Assembly (NCBI RefSeq): GCF_046119375.1
Contig: NW_027362769.1
Coordinates: forward strand, 362,576,001-362,640,000
Length of the DNA stretch: 64,000 nt
Source of the DNA: Phyllobates terribilis
Taxonomy: Eukaryota
Direction: 5' to 3'
The notes beneath the pieces are model-generated. The model was given only the letters and a program-made list of their open reading frames with translations. It was not told where the DNA came from and searched no databases. Position 1 is the first letter of the stretch; each line of letters opens with the position of its first letter. The translations under genes were made by a program, and so were the position numbers. Below, piece after piece: positions 21,151-34,592 of the stretch.

Positions 21151-21824
21151 AGAGCCATGCAGTACAGCATATTAAAAACATTATTCCCATTATTGGGGAA
21201 TGGTTCTCCCATAGTCTTTGCCTATGCCTTCCAAGCAAAAGCTGGCAAAAATTAGGACAGAGGAACTTGCAATGCTGGCAACACGGACCACGGTCTCCCT
21301 GGTGGTATAGTGTGGTGGAGGCTGAGGATAAGGAGAAGAGCAAAATACAGCCGAAATGAGGAAGCGTATACCCATGTGTGTGTGTTATGATCTGCAACAT
21401 AAACTAAGGAAAGATAGGGGAAAGCTGTCCCTACCGTAAGACTAAGCTGAATCCCTACGATGCAGCGGGCTGCCTGTTCCTTGCGAACAGACCCGCCTTC
21501 GTCCTCGGCTAGTCTGAACGGAGACCTATAGAATAAAGGGAGGGGTCCCTAAAAGAACTAAGGACTGGGACAAAAATGGGACACCTCCTAACAGAAGTTG
21601 TTACAGAGCAAAAGACAAACTGACAAAAAGTACTAGAGGTCCCAGAGGACCAAGCAAACTGAAAGAATAGGTACAGAAGCACCTGGCTACTAAGACAGTC
21701 TAGAAAACACTGAAGTCCAGCGAGGCAAGAAGGGCGGAGCTGGAATATATCGGCAGCTGGTCACGTGACCGCAAAACACAAGATAGCAAAAACTAACAGG
21801 AGGGTTCTAACAGTACCCCCTCTT

Positions 21825-24506
21825 CTATGAGGATCCTCCGGATCCTCCAGGCCCAGGCCTATCAGGAATTCTCCTGTGGAAATCTTTAACAAGCTTAGGG
21901 ACAGAGACATCATCCGTCCTTACCCAGTAGTTGTCTTCGGGACCGAAACCCTTCCAGGAGACAAGATGCTGTAATTTCCCTCTATGCAATCTAGAATTCA
22001 AAATACGAGAAATTTCATATTCGCCGTCTTCCACCACAGGTGGAAGTGTGACAGTGGCGTCCATATTAGATACGTCAGCCTTTTTCAGCAAGGAAACATG
22101 AAACACAGGATTAATCTTCCAGGAAGTAGGGACATCCAACCTTACAGCAGATGGGTTAACAACCTGAAGCACTTTAAATGGACCCACAAACTTAGGACCC
22201 AGTTTTTTAGAGGGAATCCTCAACCGCAGGTTCTTCGAGGACAACCAAACCATGTCACCCACCATAAACAAAACCTCTTTACGCTTCCTGTCAAAATACT
22301 TCTTGGACTTCTTGTTATCCTCTTGCAGGTTACAACGTACATTAGTCCAAACTCTCTCCAAATCACCGGAAAAATTCTCCTCCTCCGGCACCGCCGACCC
22401 CAATTTGGAGAACGAACCAAAAGACGGATGTCTCCCATTACAACAAAAAAAGGAGAACACCCAGCAGAGGAGGATGTATGATTGTTAAGAGCAAATTCTG
22501 CGAGAGGCAGAAACTCAGACCACACCTCTTGATTGTCTGCCACAAAACAACGCAAAAACTGTTCAACATCCTGGTTCTTTCTTTCAGTCTGTCCATTAGA
22601 CTCAGGATGATAACCAGACGAAAATGACAAATGGACTCCCAACCTGTCACAAAAAGCACGCCAAAAGCGAGCCACAAACTGAGGTCCTCTATCAGAAACA
22701 ATATCTGTGGGGACACCATGGAGCTTGACAATCTCCTTAACAAACGCCTTAACGAGAGTCTTGGCGCAGGGCAACTTGGAATGGAACCAAATGACACATC
22801 TTACTAAAACGGTCCACGACCACCCAGATGACAGTAAACCCCTCAGACACAGGAAGATCAGTAATAAAATCCATAGTGAGATGCGTCCAAGGCGCACTAG
22901 GAACCTCCAGAGGACAAAGCAACCCCGCAGCAGGAGTATGTGAAGCCTTTGACCTAGCACACACAGTACACCGACGCACCCATTTGATGACTACCTTCTG
23001 CCATCCAGGCCACCAAAAACTGCGACTGATAAGTCTCTTAGTCTCCGAAACTCCTGGATGACCTGCCAACCGAGACTCATGACACTCCACAAACAAATCT
23101 CTCCTAAAGGCTCTAGGCACGAACAACCTCCCATGGGGAGTGTTAGATGGAGCATCATCTTGAGCATTCAGAATCCCATTCTCCAAATCGGACTCTAATG
23201 CCGCCACCACAACTCCTTTCTGCAAAATGCTCTCCTCCTCCTCGGCACCGACCGTAGGAGAAAAGCTGCGAGATAAAGCATCAGCTTTAACATTCTTAGT
23301 ACCAGGGATATAGGTAACAGAAAAATGAAGCCGAGAAAACAAAAGTGCCCACCTAGCTTGACGGGCATTCAAGCGCTTGGCAGCATCCAGATAGATCAAA
23401 TTCTTATGATCTGTGAAAACCTGAATAGAAAATCTTGCGCCTTCCAAAAAATGACGCCAGTGTTCAAACGCAAGTTTAATAGCCAGCAGCTCCTGATTGC
23501 CAACATCATAATTCAGTTCGGTTTCCGAAAAATTTTTCGAAAAGAAGGCACAAGGATGTACTCCACCCTTGTTCTCTTGAGACAAAACTGCTCTGACCCC
23601 CACTGATGAAGCATCGACCTCGACCAAAAAAGGCTTGGTCTCATCAGGCTGCATAAGGATAGGGGCAGAACTGAACCTCTCTTTGAGATACTCAAACGCT
23701 TCAATGGCTTCAGTAGTCCACTGGGCGGTATTCGCACCTTTCCTGGTGAGATTGGTTAGAGGTTTAACAATTACAGAAAAATTCTTAATGAATTTCCTGT
23801 AATAATTGGCAAAACCCAAAAACCTCTGTATAGATTTCAAACCAATAGGCCTAGGCCATTCCTGCACAGCCTGAACCTTCACAGGGCCCATCTCAAAGCC
23901 CTTGCTGGAGATAATGTAGCCCAAAAAACTAATTTTCTGCACAGCGAACTCACATTTCTCCAGCTTAGCAAAGAGTGAATTATCACTCAATAACTGCAAA
24001 ACTTCACGTACACTCTGCCAATGGGACTCAAAATCTGGTGAATAAATCAAAATGTCATCCAAATACACAACCACATTCTTACCAATCAAAGGTCTCAGGA
24101 TGTCATTAATAAGGTTCTGAAAAAATGAAGGTGCATTGGTAAGACCGAAAGGCATCACCAGATTCTCAAAATGACCTACCGGAGTGTTAAAAGCAGTTTT
24201 CCATTCATCACCCTCCTTCACTCGTAACAAATTGTATGCCCCTCGGAGATCAATTTTTGAGAACCACTTGGCCCCCACTAACTGGTTAAACAAGTCAGGA
24301 ATTAACGGCAATGGATAGGAATTGCGTACGGTAATCTTATTAATTTCACGAAAATCCAGACATGGACGTAAACCGCCATCCTTTTTTTTAACAAAGAAGA
24401 ATCCAACTGCCACAGGCGACTTAGAAGGTCTAATATGACCAGCAGCCAGGCTAGTCTCTATGTACTCCTCCAAGGCCTTTCTTTCAGGGATAGTCAGATT
24501 AAACAA
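21825..24506 (-). pseudogene. pol: Pol (RT, RNase H, integrase, chromodomain) of the chromovirus
   Basis: VVYLDDILIYS, VDAS/DHKNL RNase H, HHCC zinc finger, integrase core DRGPQF..YHPESNGQTER, GPF motif, chromodomain YEISRILNSR..HLVSWKGFGPEDNYW. Frameshifts near 22770 and 22450. Confidence 0.92.
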
Positions 24507-25813
24507 GCGACTTTTGGAAGAGTAGCACCTGGAACAAACTCAATGGCGCAATCATAATCCCTATGAGGAGGTAAAACTTGCGAGTCCTCCGAAAAAACCC
24601 TCCAAAAATCTTGAATAGGTACTGGTAATCCCCCTTTTTCCACAGCCGCCATGCGACCATTACAACAATTATCATAGCACTTCGGACTCCAAGACTTAAT
24701 CACATTAGTAGACCAGTCCAACAAAGGATTGTGCAATTTTAACCAAGGCAATCCTAGAACAACTGAAGAGGGCAAATTATCCAAAACAACCAAGTCCAAA
24801 ATTTCTTGGTGAACACCATTGATAGTGAGAGGAAATGCAGCAGTCTTGTGAGTTATACATTTCAAAGGAGTGTTATCAATTGCAACCACAGAAATAGGTG
24901 ATGACAAAGGTTTGGATTCCAATTTAAGTTTTTCCAAAAACTTTTTATCAATCACATTAAGTGTTGAACCACAATCCACAAATACCTGAAATTCAATCAA
25001 ATCTCCCTGCAGAGTAGTACTCCCAGAAAGGAACACTCCTGCAGAGCGTAAACAAGCTATACGGGTGTAACTGACCTTTTTTTTTTCTGTACTTAAACGA
25101 CGCTCACAATACTTAATCAAATGATCAGCTTTGCCACAATAAAGACACAATCCTTCGGTGAATCTCCGATCTCTTTCTTGAGAGCGGAGTGACATCGCCC
25201 CAACCTCCATTAGTTCTCCGCTGTCAGAGCAGATTTTCTGGAAACTAGGACCTGAAGTTACAGGAGTTTTTACATCATTGACCCTGGACCTTATTCTCCT
25301 GTCCAACCGAACAGCTAACTGCATAGCTTCCTGCAGAGTCTCAGGTGCAGGGAATGCAATTAGCAAATCCTTAACCCTTTCACTGAGACCAGCAAGAAAT
25401 AAACATTTCAGCGCAGAATTATTCCATTTAACTTCTGAAGCCCATCTTCTGAAGTGTGTGCAATAAATTTCAACATCATCTGACCCCTGATTCAAACGTC
25501 TAAGTTCTGATTCAGCAGATGAGATTCGATCAGAATCGTCATATAATAGCCCCATAGCAGAAAAAAATTCTTCAATAGAACTTAAACATGGATCATTAGG
25601 TTGGAGAGAAAAGGCCCACCCCTGTGGTTCTTTGCGCAAAAGTGACACAATAAAACCAATGCGCTGTGATTCATTCCCAGAGGACCGCGGTCTCAAACGA
25701 AAATAAAACAAACAAGCATTTTTAAAGGAAAAAAAATCTTGCTGTTTACCATTAAAAATACCAGGCAGTCCTACCTTGGGTTCGACAAAATGCGCTCCAG
25801 GACAGCTACTCAC
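24494..25813 (-). pseudogene. gag: Gag (capsid, CCHC knuckle) and protease of the chromovirus
   Basis: CLYCGKADHLIKYC zinc knuckle; VFVDCGST protease-like site; frameshift into RT near 24510. Confidence 0.9.
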
Positions 25814-26372
25814 GTGTTGCTGAAGTTGGCCACCTCCACAGACAATCCCTGCAGGCGTTGAGCCAACTCCTGGACGGAAAACATACTGATCCCCGAATTT
25901 CTTTCCTATAGTTTTTTTTTTTTTGAGCTGAGCTTACTGTTATGATCTGCAACATAAACTAAGGAAAGATAGGGGAAAGCTGTCCCTACCGTAAGACTAA
26001 GCTGAATCCCTACGATGCAGCGGGCTGCCTGTTCCTTGCGAACAGACCCGCCTTCGTCCTCGGCTAGTCTGAACGGAGACCTATAGACTAAAGGGAGGGG
26101 TCCCTAAAAGAACTAAGGACTGGGACAAAAATGGGACACCTCCTAACAGAAGTTGTTGCAGAGCAAAAGACAAACTGACAAAAAGTACTAGAGGTCCCAG
26201 AGGACCAAGCAAACTGACAGAATAGGTACAGAAGCACCTGGCTAGTAAGACAGTCTTGAAAACACTGAAGTCCAGCAAGGCCAGAAGGGCGGAGCTGGAA
26301 TATATAGGCAGCTGGTCACGTGACCACAAAACACAAGATAGCAAAAACTAACAGGAGGGTTCTAACAGTGTG

Positions 26373-28538
26373 GGTGTGAAGCGGTGCATGGGAATACACC
26401 TCCCGAAATAACACAGTGGATTTGACTTTATGTTACTCTGCTGTCATTTGGTGGTGATGAGAAGTCTGGCCCAATCCAGCCCTTGTTCATTTTGATAAGG
26501 GTCAGCTTGTCAGCATTGTCAGTTGACAGGCGAGTGCACTTATCAGTTATTATTCCCCCAGCGGCACTAAAAACACGCTCCGATAACATGCTAGCGGCAG
26601 GGCAGGCCAGGACCTCCAAGGCGTACAGAGCGAGTTCATTCCAAGTGTCCAGCTTGGATACCCAATAATTAAAAGGCACAGAGGAATCACGGAGGACGCT
26701 GGTACAGTCGGCAAGGTACTCCCTCACCATCTTTTGAAACTTTCCACTCCTTGTGAGTGTACCCTGCGCCTCAGGGCCTGTAAGATGGGCAGGTCACAGA
26801 AAACTGTCCCAGAATGTTGACAGTGTTCCCCTGCCTCTGCTGGATTGGAGTTGCATCTCTCTAACCTGTACGCCTTGGTTGGTCAACGAACTGTGACCTC
26901 TGCCGCTGGCGTGTTCAGATGGGAAATTTTTTAACAGTTCTGCAGCAAGGGCCTTCTGGTACTGCCACATTTTTGTAGACCTCTCCACCTCAGGAATAAG
27001 AGAGTGAAAGTTCTCCTTGTAGCGGGGGTCTACAAGTGTCACCAACCAGTAATGACTGTCACCCAACTTTTTGACAACGCGAGGGTCATGGTTAAGGCAG
27101 TGTAACATAAAGTCAGCCATGCGTGCCAGACTTGTAACAGGCAAGACTTCCGTGTCCTCACCAAGATGACGACTGACCATGCACTCCTCCTCCTCTTCCT
27201 CCTACCCCCTGTCCTCAGGCCACCCACGCTGAACCGACTGTATGACAGTTGTACAGGTAATACCGTCTACAGCGCATGATACCAGCTCCTGTTCTTCCTC
27301 CTCCTCTTCCTCTCCCGCATTGACCCCCAATGCACGTTGGGATGAGATGAGGCTGGGCTGTGTGTAATCGCCCGCTATGGCTTCTTGATCCATCTCATCA
27401 TACTCTGGCTGCAATGCCTCCTTTTTAGTTCTCTGCAGAGAGCATTGCAAAAGACAGACAAGTGGGATGCTGACGCTAATGATGCCGTCATCGCCACTCA
27501 CCATCTTGGTGGACTCCTCAAAGTTTGTCAGGATGGTACATATGTCAGACATCCAGGACCACTCCTGAGATCTTATGTGTGGAATCTGACCTGAATATCG
27601 ACGGCCTTGTTGCTGCTGGTACTCCACAACTGCTCTCTTCTGCTCACAAATCCTTTGCAACATGTGGAGGGTGGAGTTCCAAAGTGTGGGGACGTCACAC
27701 ACCAGTCGGTGTGACGGAAGCTGCAAACGCTGCTGCAACAAAGCAAGGGCGGCGGAAGCGGTAGCCGACTTCCGAAAATGAGCTGACAGGCGTCGTACTT
27801 TGACTAGCAGATCTGTCAACTCGGGGTATGATTTAAGAAACTGCAGAACCACGAGGTTAAGCACATGAGCCAGGCATGGTACGTGTGTGATCTCGCCTCA
27901 CCTCAGAGCCGCCACCAGGTTACGGCCATTGTCACACACGACCATGCCTAGATGTAGGTTCAGCGGTCTCAGCCACAGATCTGCCTGCTCTTTCACAGCT
28001 GTCCACAACTCACAAGCAGTGTGAGGTTTATCACCTAAGCTTATGAGTTTCAGCACAGCCTGTTGCCGCTTGGCTGAGGCAGTACTGCAGTGCTTCCAGC
28101 TTGTAACTGATGTGGTGATATCTGAGATGGAGGCTGAACATGAGGAGGAGGAGGAGGATGATGCGCAGGAGCTGTACACTGTGGGGGCAACTTTGACTGA
28201 CATAGGGCCCGCAATCCTCGGTGTGGGGAGGATGTGTTCCTTCCCAAGGTCCGACTGGGTCCCGGCTTCCACTATGTTTACCCAGTGTGCCGTCAGGTAG
28301 ATGTACCGTCCCTGGCCACAAGCACTTGTCCACGTGTCCTTTGTCAGGTGGACTCTCCCAGTAACTGCGTTGTTGAGGGCACGGCAGATGTCTTGGGACA
28401 CCTGCTTGTGTAGTGCGGGGATGGCACACCGGGCAAATAGTGTCAGCTGGGGACCGAGTACCGAGGGATGGCCACCGCCATAAGGTTGCGGAAGGATTCC
28501 GTCTCCACCAGCCTAAAAGGCAGCATTTCCAACGCAAG
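26373..28538 (-). pseudogene. hAT transposase, C-terminal part (copy 1; N-terminus lost at the duplication junction)
   Basis: VHLTKDTW and VVCDNGRN catalytic-core motifs, DVPTLWNST, and dimerization domain CPAASMLSERVFSAAG. Multiple stops and frameshifts. Confidence 0.88.
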
Positions 28539-30349
28539 TGTACCGCCCCGAGGGTTCGGTCGCTACAGAGGTATTGCATCTCACCCAGAGGTGTGATATC
28601 TCACTTCCAGGTAAGGATGGAGTGTGACTCAGGACCCTAACACCCACATTCACTACACCACATTTCCGGGTGACAGGGCGACAATACTCCCAAGAGTGAG
28701 CACAGCTGCCCCTGTCCCTGGCTGGAGTGGGGGGAGGGAACACCTAGAAAGGGGGAACCCGGTAGTGTGTGGGTGGGGAGAGTAGATCCAGGGTGCACTA
28801 TAAGGAGGAGTATATAAGGTGGGCACCATCTTAGAGTTCAGACTAGTCAGAGGAGGAGAAGTGACAGGAGCAGGGTCTCTGTACGAACTCTGCTCCGGAG
28901 GCGGGCCTAGCCAGTGAGGCCCAGGTCTGAGGAGAAGAGGGGAAAGGAGAGGAACGGAGGAGGCTCCAGGAGTGGAGTGAAGGGACCCCAGGGGTGCGGA
29001 CCGGCCAGTCGCCACCGTACGCCCGCCGCTACCAGAGTAGGGGGGTCAGGCCAAGAAAGGGAACCGGATCCCTCATCTAGTGGAGGAGAGCAACTACCCT
29101 CAGCTAATATCCGGAGGCCGTGGCATTGCACGTGTCATGGCCCCTCACTACACCCGTTAGGAAGGCACCATATAGGACCCAGGGAAACGGAACATACGTT
29201 TGCCCGCCAAGGCCCGAGGCAGCTGGACAGAAACGTGGTCAATTGTGGGGTACGACAGGCCAGAGGAAGGACACACGAAGGGGGTCCTGAAAAACATCCC
29301 AAAGTTACCTGGGAGTTGGCCGAGCCCCTCACCTGGTGAGCACAGTACGACTCGGGAAGCCATTACCTGTAGAAGTGGCTTGGAGTGTAAAACTGTGAGT
29401 AAAGACCCTGGACTGCATCACTGGACTTTGAGTCATTACTGTTGCTCCCGCGGGCCATCACCCTCATCATCTGCACTCACTGCCCTGATGCTATACTCCT
29501 CCCGTGGGGAGTTATACTACCCTCTGCTGCACACACAACATCAGCCTCAGCGGTCTGCCCCACAGCGGCGGTTCTCAGTGACCGCAATCCACGGGTGGCG
29601 TAGTCGGACATTTCAACATTGAAAACCAAGTAAACAGATCGGCCACTGGTTTGACCACCCTGAGCTACGGGACCAGGTCGCCGCCACAGAGACTACAACC
29701 CCCAGCATTACACAGAGACCCAGCTCCGGGTATTCCTCCACACATGGCCCAGGGGGCGCGTCAACTTTGGCGTTGTCGGCAGGATATGCAACCAACCCGT
29801 TATCACCGGGTATTGCGCGCCTAGAGACTGTTTTACTGTACTGAATGTGGCGCCCGCCCTAGTAGAACGGACACCAATATGTGCGCGCCAAAAGATAACA
29901 GGAAGCCACCTCCCATCGTGGACCAGGTCCCAGAATGGCACCAAAGACGGAGCCCACCCCCAACGGCCATGAGTGCGGCTGTAGAGATGTCCATCAACGT
30001 GGGGTGGCTGCCCCTGAGAGTGATTGTCAGCAGGTTTCCCCGGGACCAACCCCAACAGGGGCAGAAGGGAAAGAAAACCGAAGGGCAGGGTGTGGTTTGG
30101 ATCAGTCTTGGCAGACCACACCCGGAGATGGTGGGGAGCTCCAGCCCCAGTACCCTGACCAGTGGCCTGCTGCAGGCCGAAGCGACTCCATGCAGCCTCG
30201 TGGTACTGATGGCCCAGCTCCCCGGAGAGCACCCTGAATTCCTCCGGGCTGGGCTGGAGGATTTGGACCAGAGAATGGTCCAGGCGCAGTGGGAAGCCAT
30301 CGCGGGGTGGAAAGAAGAGATGGACTGGCATTACACAGAGACACGGCTC
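28539..30349 (+). mobile_element. tRNA-Ser(AGA)-primed LTR element related to the CSD element, inserted in the hAT gene (copy 1, cut by the duplication junction)
   Basis: LTR 28539-29763 (TGTA...GCGCGTCA), PBS TGGCGTTGTCGGCAGGAT at 29768-29785, ORF starting at 29879. Confidence 0.85.
29879..30349 (+). pseudogene. Truncated ORF homologous to the N-terminal region of the CSD protein at 222-1628
   Basis: EHPEFLRAGLEDLDQRMVQAQWEAIAGWKEEM aligns by eye with DEAEYLRGETQDLARRVEEAQRLAAAEWREEV; same position after the PBS; both start MC. Confidence 0.65.
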
Positions 30350-30399
30350 TTGGCACCGCCCTTCCCGAGACCTTTCCCTCCTTTACCCTGACCAGACAT
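30331..30399 (-). pseudogene. H4: Truncated histone H4 (tail only) created by the duplication junction
   Basis: Reads [17 protein letters not shown] from H4 (R3Q), then SRVSV* from LTR-element sequence; no stem-loop. Confidence 0.9.
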
Positions 30400-31394
30400 C
30401 TTCTACTGAGCAGAAAGCAATGCTAAAACAAACGGGCTCCTAATTTATATAGGTGGACCAGAGAGAAGACTGCAGAGATGACGCGGTCCAGGGCGGGTCT
30501 TACAGAATCTACATTAGCTCCTCCTTCCTCTGCTGATTGGCTGAACACTGAACTGTTGGGGAGTTTGAATTTCCCGCTCATTGTGCAGTTTCCGCAGCTT
30601 CTAATTATATATGTTTTACCTGTGATGAGAAATGTTTCAGAAACAGTCTGTAAATAAAAGTGCAGACACGACACCAGCTGCAAGTGATCTACACTTCATA
30701 TAGAAGCTTCAGATCACTGCTGAATATACCTATAACGGCACTGACAGTGATTAACCCCCCACTTCCATCATACCATATTCGTAACATGCTATTCACTAAT
30801 GTCCAGGAAGGGTCATTTCCGCACCTTACTACTCCCCTCATCATCCCTTGCATTCTGTACAATCTACATGTGACATTCTGGCTGCTCCCGTCGACTAATC
30901 TATAGGATCCTGACTGAGCTCTGACATTTCTAAGATGGGCTTGTCACTTCAGATAGAATTGCTCTTGGGGTGCGGTGATGTGAGGAGGATTGTGGCAGCC
31001 AGGATTATTGCCTCTTCTAAGGACAGTGCAGGGAGGAAGCCGCGGTCAGCAGCACTGCTCCGATACTGACACCAGCTCATAAACCGGGAATCCCCTTAGT
31101 CTGGCTTACAGAGGGTCTCTCCCTGCAAAAAAAATAATGGCAGGACAGTACTGATATCAATTGGGAACAGAATTCTTGCAGAAGATAAAGACAACAGTTC
31201 AGATTGGTCAAATAAAAAAGGAACCGTATAAATAACAAAATCACTGAGCAGCTGATTGATTCTCATTCCAGTGGTCCCATATCCAATGGAGAATACACTG
31301 TGATCTGGAAGGTGACTACATGAATGTGGTCAGTGGAGTTTATCTATAGACCGGACACTTCTCTTCACAGCAGAAGTAGTAACACAATTACATG

Positions 31395-31488
31395 TAGAAG
31401 CTGCGGAAACTCCAAGGAGCGGGAAATGCAAACTCCCTAACGTCCGGTGTTCAGCCAATCAGCAGAGGAAGGGGAGGAGCTAATGTTA
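31395..31488 (+). promoter_or_regulatory. Inverted H4-promoter module, duplicate copy
   Basis: Near-identical to 13997-14090. Confidence 0.75.
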
Positions 31489-31958
31489 ATAGTTACCGAA
31501 TAGGAAGTTCCCGCTCAGGGGCTGATGGCTTTTTGTTCTTTGTCCTGGTTTAACACGTAGTTTCAGGACTGTCGGATATCAGGAAATTTGCTTGTGTTGA
31601 GCGATCAATGGTCTCTTGGTTCCATACAGGAATCTCTATCATGTTCCAGGGAACAGTATCCGCTTTCTATAAAAGTGCATAACTTTGATTCTAACATCGG
31701 TGACTCCATCACACCAGCAATATTTTCAAGATCAAACTCGTGCGGCTGATAGGAGTCAGCGAGTGTTCACAGGAGATAGCGCTGGATAATGGACGTCCTA
31801 TAATGATCGCATCATATACACCAAGAAATCTGCGCATTTTTTCAAGATTCCTTCACAACACAGTCCAGACTCCAAATAGATTATATAAAGCTGACATTCA
31901 AGAATCAGGGCAGAGAAGCAGATGTGAGGGATTAGCTCGTCCTGAGGGAGGATTTGGT

Positions 31959-31974
31959 GGCTCTGAGAAGAGCC
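31959..31974 (-). terminator. Histone 3' stem-loop of H3 copy 2
   Basis: Identical to 14561-14576. Confidence 0.9.
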
Positions 31975-32003
31975 TTTGTTATAGTCAGACGTGTAGGACG
32001 GAT

Positions 32004-32432
<429 letters not shown>

Positions 32433-33300
32433 CTAGAAGTGATGAGAGGAGCGGAGAGAGCGGGACATTTATACTCCTCTGCTCCTGTTACCGCGTCATG
32501 TGAACACGCCCCCTGCACTGCATTGGTCAATTTGTAGAACAAGCCGACAAATAGTGTGCGATATCCGCGACCAATCATCGTTCAGAAACTCAGCCTAGAA
32601 CTCAGTAACCCCATCCTCCAAAAGAGGGAGCGGGGTCTGTCCAGTTCACACTCATTACCAGCTGCTCTGATCAACATGCGGCTTCTAGAGCAGGAGCCGC
32701 CGATGTCTCTCTATTCCCATGTTCTCCATACACGGAGCTGGACTATAGCTCCGCAGCCTTCACTCTCATTCCGGGCTATACTGATCTTCTTGGTCTCCCA
32801 TAGGAATAATCCCCCCTTTACTAATTCAGACGCAGGTTATAAGGGTCGCAGCAGAAGTCTGCAGTAAGGATTGATGGGACGAGTGACAAGATTGCTGTAA
32901 CACATCGGCCCTTCCCTTCTTGCGCTGTAGCCTATCGTTCTGCAGTCCATCCATACAATCCTGTCCCCAGTTCACGGACCTGTACAGTAGTCATCAGTCA
33001 CATGCAGGGAGACGCTGGTTTTATAGGTCTCACATTGGAGTTAGAACCACACACACCTTCCTTAAACGAAATTAGTTACAAGGATCACAGCCATATCAAG
33101 TGGTGAAGATGTGACAAAGCTTAGGTAGGAGATCGGCTTCTTCCAGTCCCTCCATGACACATGACTCCTGATGTACAGACACCAGAGGGAGCGCTGCCTG
33201 GAAGACAAGTGACACCTGTGGTCGGGATACAGCGCAGCTCCGGGAGCGCTGCAGATTAGTAGAAAAGACCCTCTTTATAGAAAAACTGTTCTGCCAGAGA

Positions 33301-33907
33301 CAAGATGGTGGCTCTGTTTATACAGCTCTGCCGGGGACAAGGTGATGGCACTGATTATACAGCTCTGCAGGGGACAAGGTGGTGGCACTGATTATACAGC
33401 TCTGCAGGGGACAAGGTGGTGGCACTGATTATACAGCTCTGCAGGGTACAAGGTGGTGGCACTGATTATACAGCTCTGCCGAGGACAAGGTGATGGCACT
33501 GATAAGTCAGCTCTGCCGGGGACAAGGTGGTGGCACTGATTATACAGCTCTGCAGGGTACAAGGTGGTGGCACTGATTATACAGCTCTGCCGAGGACAAA
33601 GTGATGGCACTGATAATACAGCTCTGCAGGGTACAAGGTGGTGGCACTGATTATACAGCTCTGCAGGGGACAAGGTGGTGGCACTGATTATACAGCTCTG
33701 CAGGGTACAAGGTGGTGGCACTGATTATACAGCTCTGCCAAGGACAAGGTGATGGCACTGATAATACAGCTCTGCCGGGGACAAGGTGGTGGCACGGATT
33801 ATACAGCTCTCCCGAGGACAAGGTGATGGCACTGATAATACAGCTGTGCAGGGGACAAGGTGGTGGCACTGATTATACAGCTCTGCAGGGGACAAGGTGG
33901 TGGTTCT
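33301..33907. repeat. 37-bp minisatellite, ~16 units (copy 2)
   Basis: Same unit as 15903-16620, three units shorter. Confidence 0.95.
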
Positions 33908-33947
33908 GAAAAGAGCTTTTGTGGTGTAATAACAGGGCGGCTTTGGC

Positions 33948-34592
33948 TTATTTCTTAGCCGCGGGCTTCTTGGCTTTAGCTGCCTTCTTAGCAGTACTCT
34001 TGGCAGCTTTGGGTTTGGCCGCTTTCTTAGCCGGACTCTTCGTCACCTTCTTGGGCTTCAGAGTGGCCTTTGGCTTCTTGGGGCTCTTGGTTGGCTTCTT
34101 GGCAGCTGCTGCGGGCTTCTTGGCCTTTTTCGGGCTGTTCTTGGCCGCGGTCGGAGCCTTCTTGGGCTTCTTCGGAGACTTGGCGACTTTCTTGGCTGCA
34201 GCGGATTTCTTGGGCTTGGCCGCTGCTGCTGACTTCTTCTTGGCCGCTTTGTCCTTAGTTTCCTGCTGCTTCTTGTTCAGCTTGAAGGACCCGGAGGCGC
34301 CGCTGCCCTTCACCTGGAGGAGGGCGCCCTTGGTGACCAGAGACTTGACGGCCAGCTTCAGGCGACTGTTGTTCTTCTCTACATCGTATCCTCCGGCAGA
34401 CAGAGCCTTCTTCAGGGTGGCCAGAGACACCCCACTGCGCTCCTTAGAGGCGGACACGGCTTTCACGATCAGATCGGAGACGCTGGGACCGGAGGGTTTC
34501 TTGCTTTTCTTGGCGGATTTCTTCGGCTGCTTCTTGGATTTGGTGGTCGGTTCTGCGGGAGGGGGAGCGGCGGCTGGTGCGGTCTCTGCCAT
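33948..34592 (-). CDS. H1: Linker histone H1, intact, copy 2
   Basis: Same as copy 1 except PTVAK to PTAAK; same degenerate stem-loop at 33902-33917. Confidence 0.97.
   Translation of the reverse strand: MAETAPAAAPPPAEPTTKSKKQPKKSAKKSKKPSGPSVSDLIVKAVSASKERSGVSLATLKKALSAGGYDVEKNNSRLKLAVKSLVTKGALLQVKGSGASGSFKLNKKQQETKDKAAKKKSAAAAKPKKSAAAKKVAKSPKKPKKAPTAAKNSPKKAKKPAAAAKKPTKSPKKPKATLKPKKVTKSPAKKAAKPKAAKSTAKKAAKAKKPAAKK

Larger units (their letters stand above)
21383..26367 (-). mobile_element. Full-length chromodomain Gypsy (chromovirus, sushi/Tf-like), frameshifted; copy 1
   Basis: 430-bp LTRs at 21383-21812 and 25938-26367 (TG...CA), 5-bp TSD GTGTG, PPT ~21815-21826, and gag-PR-RT-RH-IN-chromodomain order. 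Confidence 0.95.
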
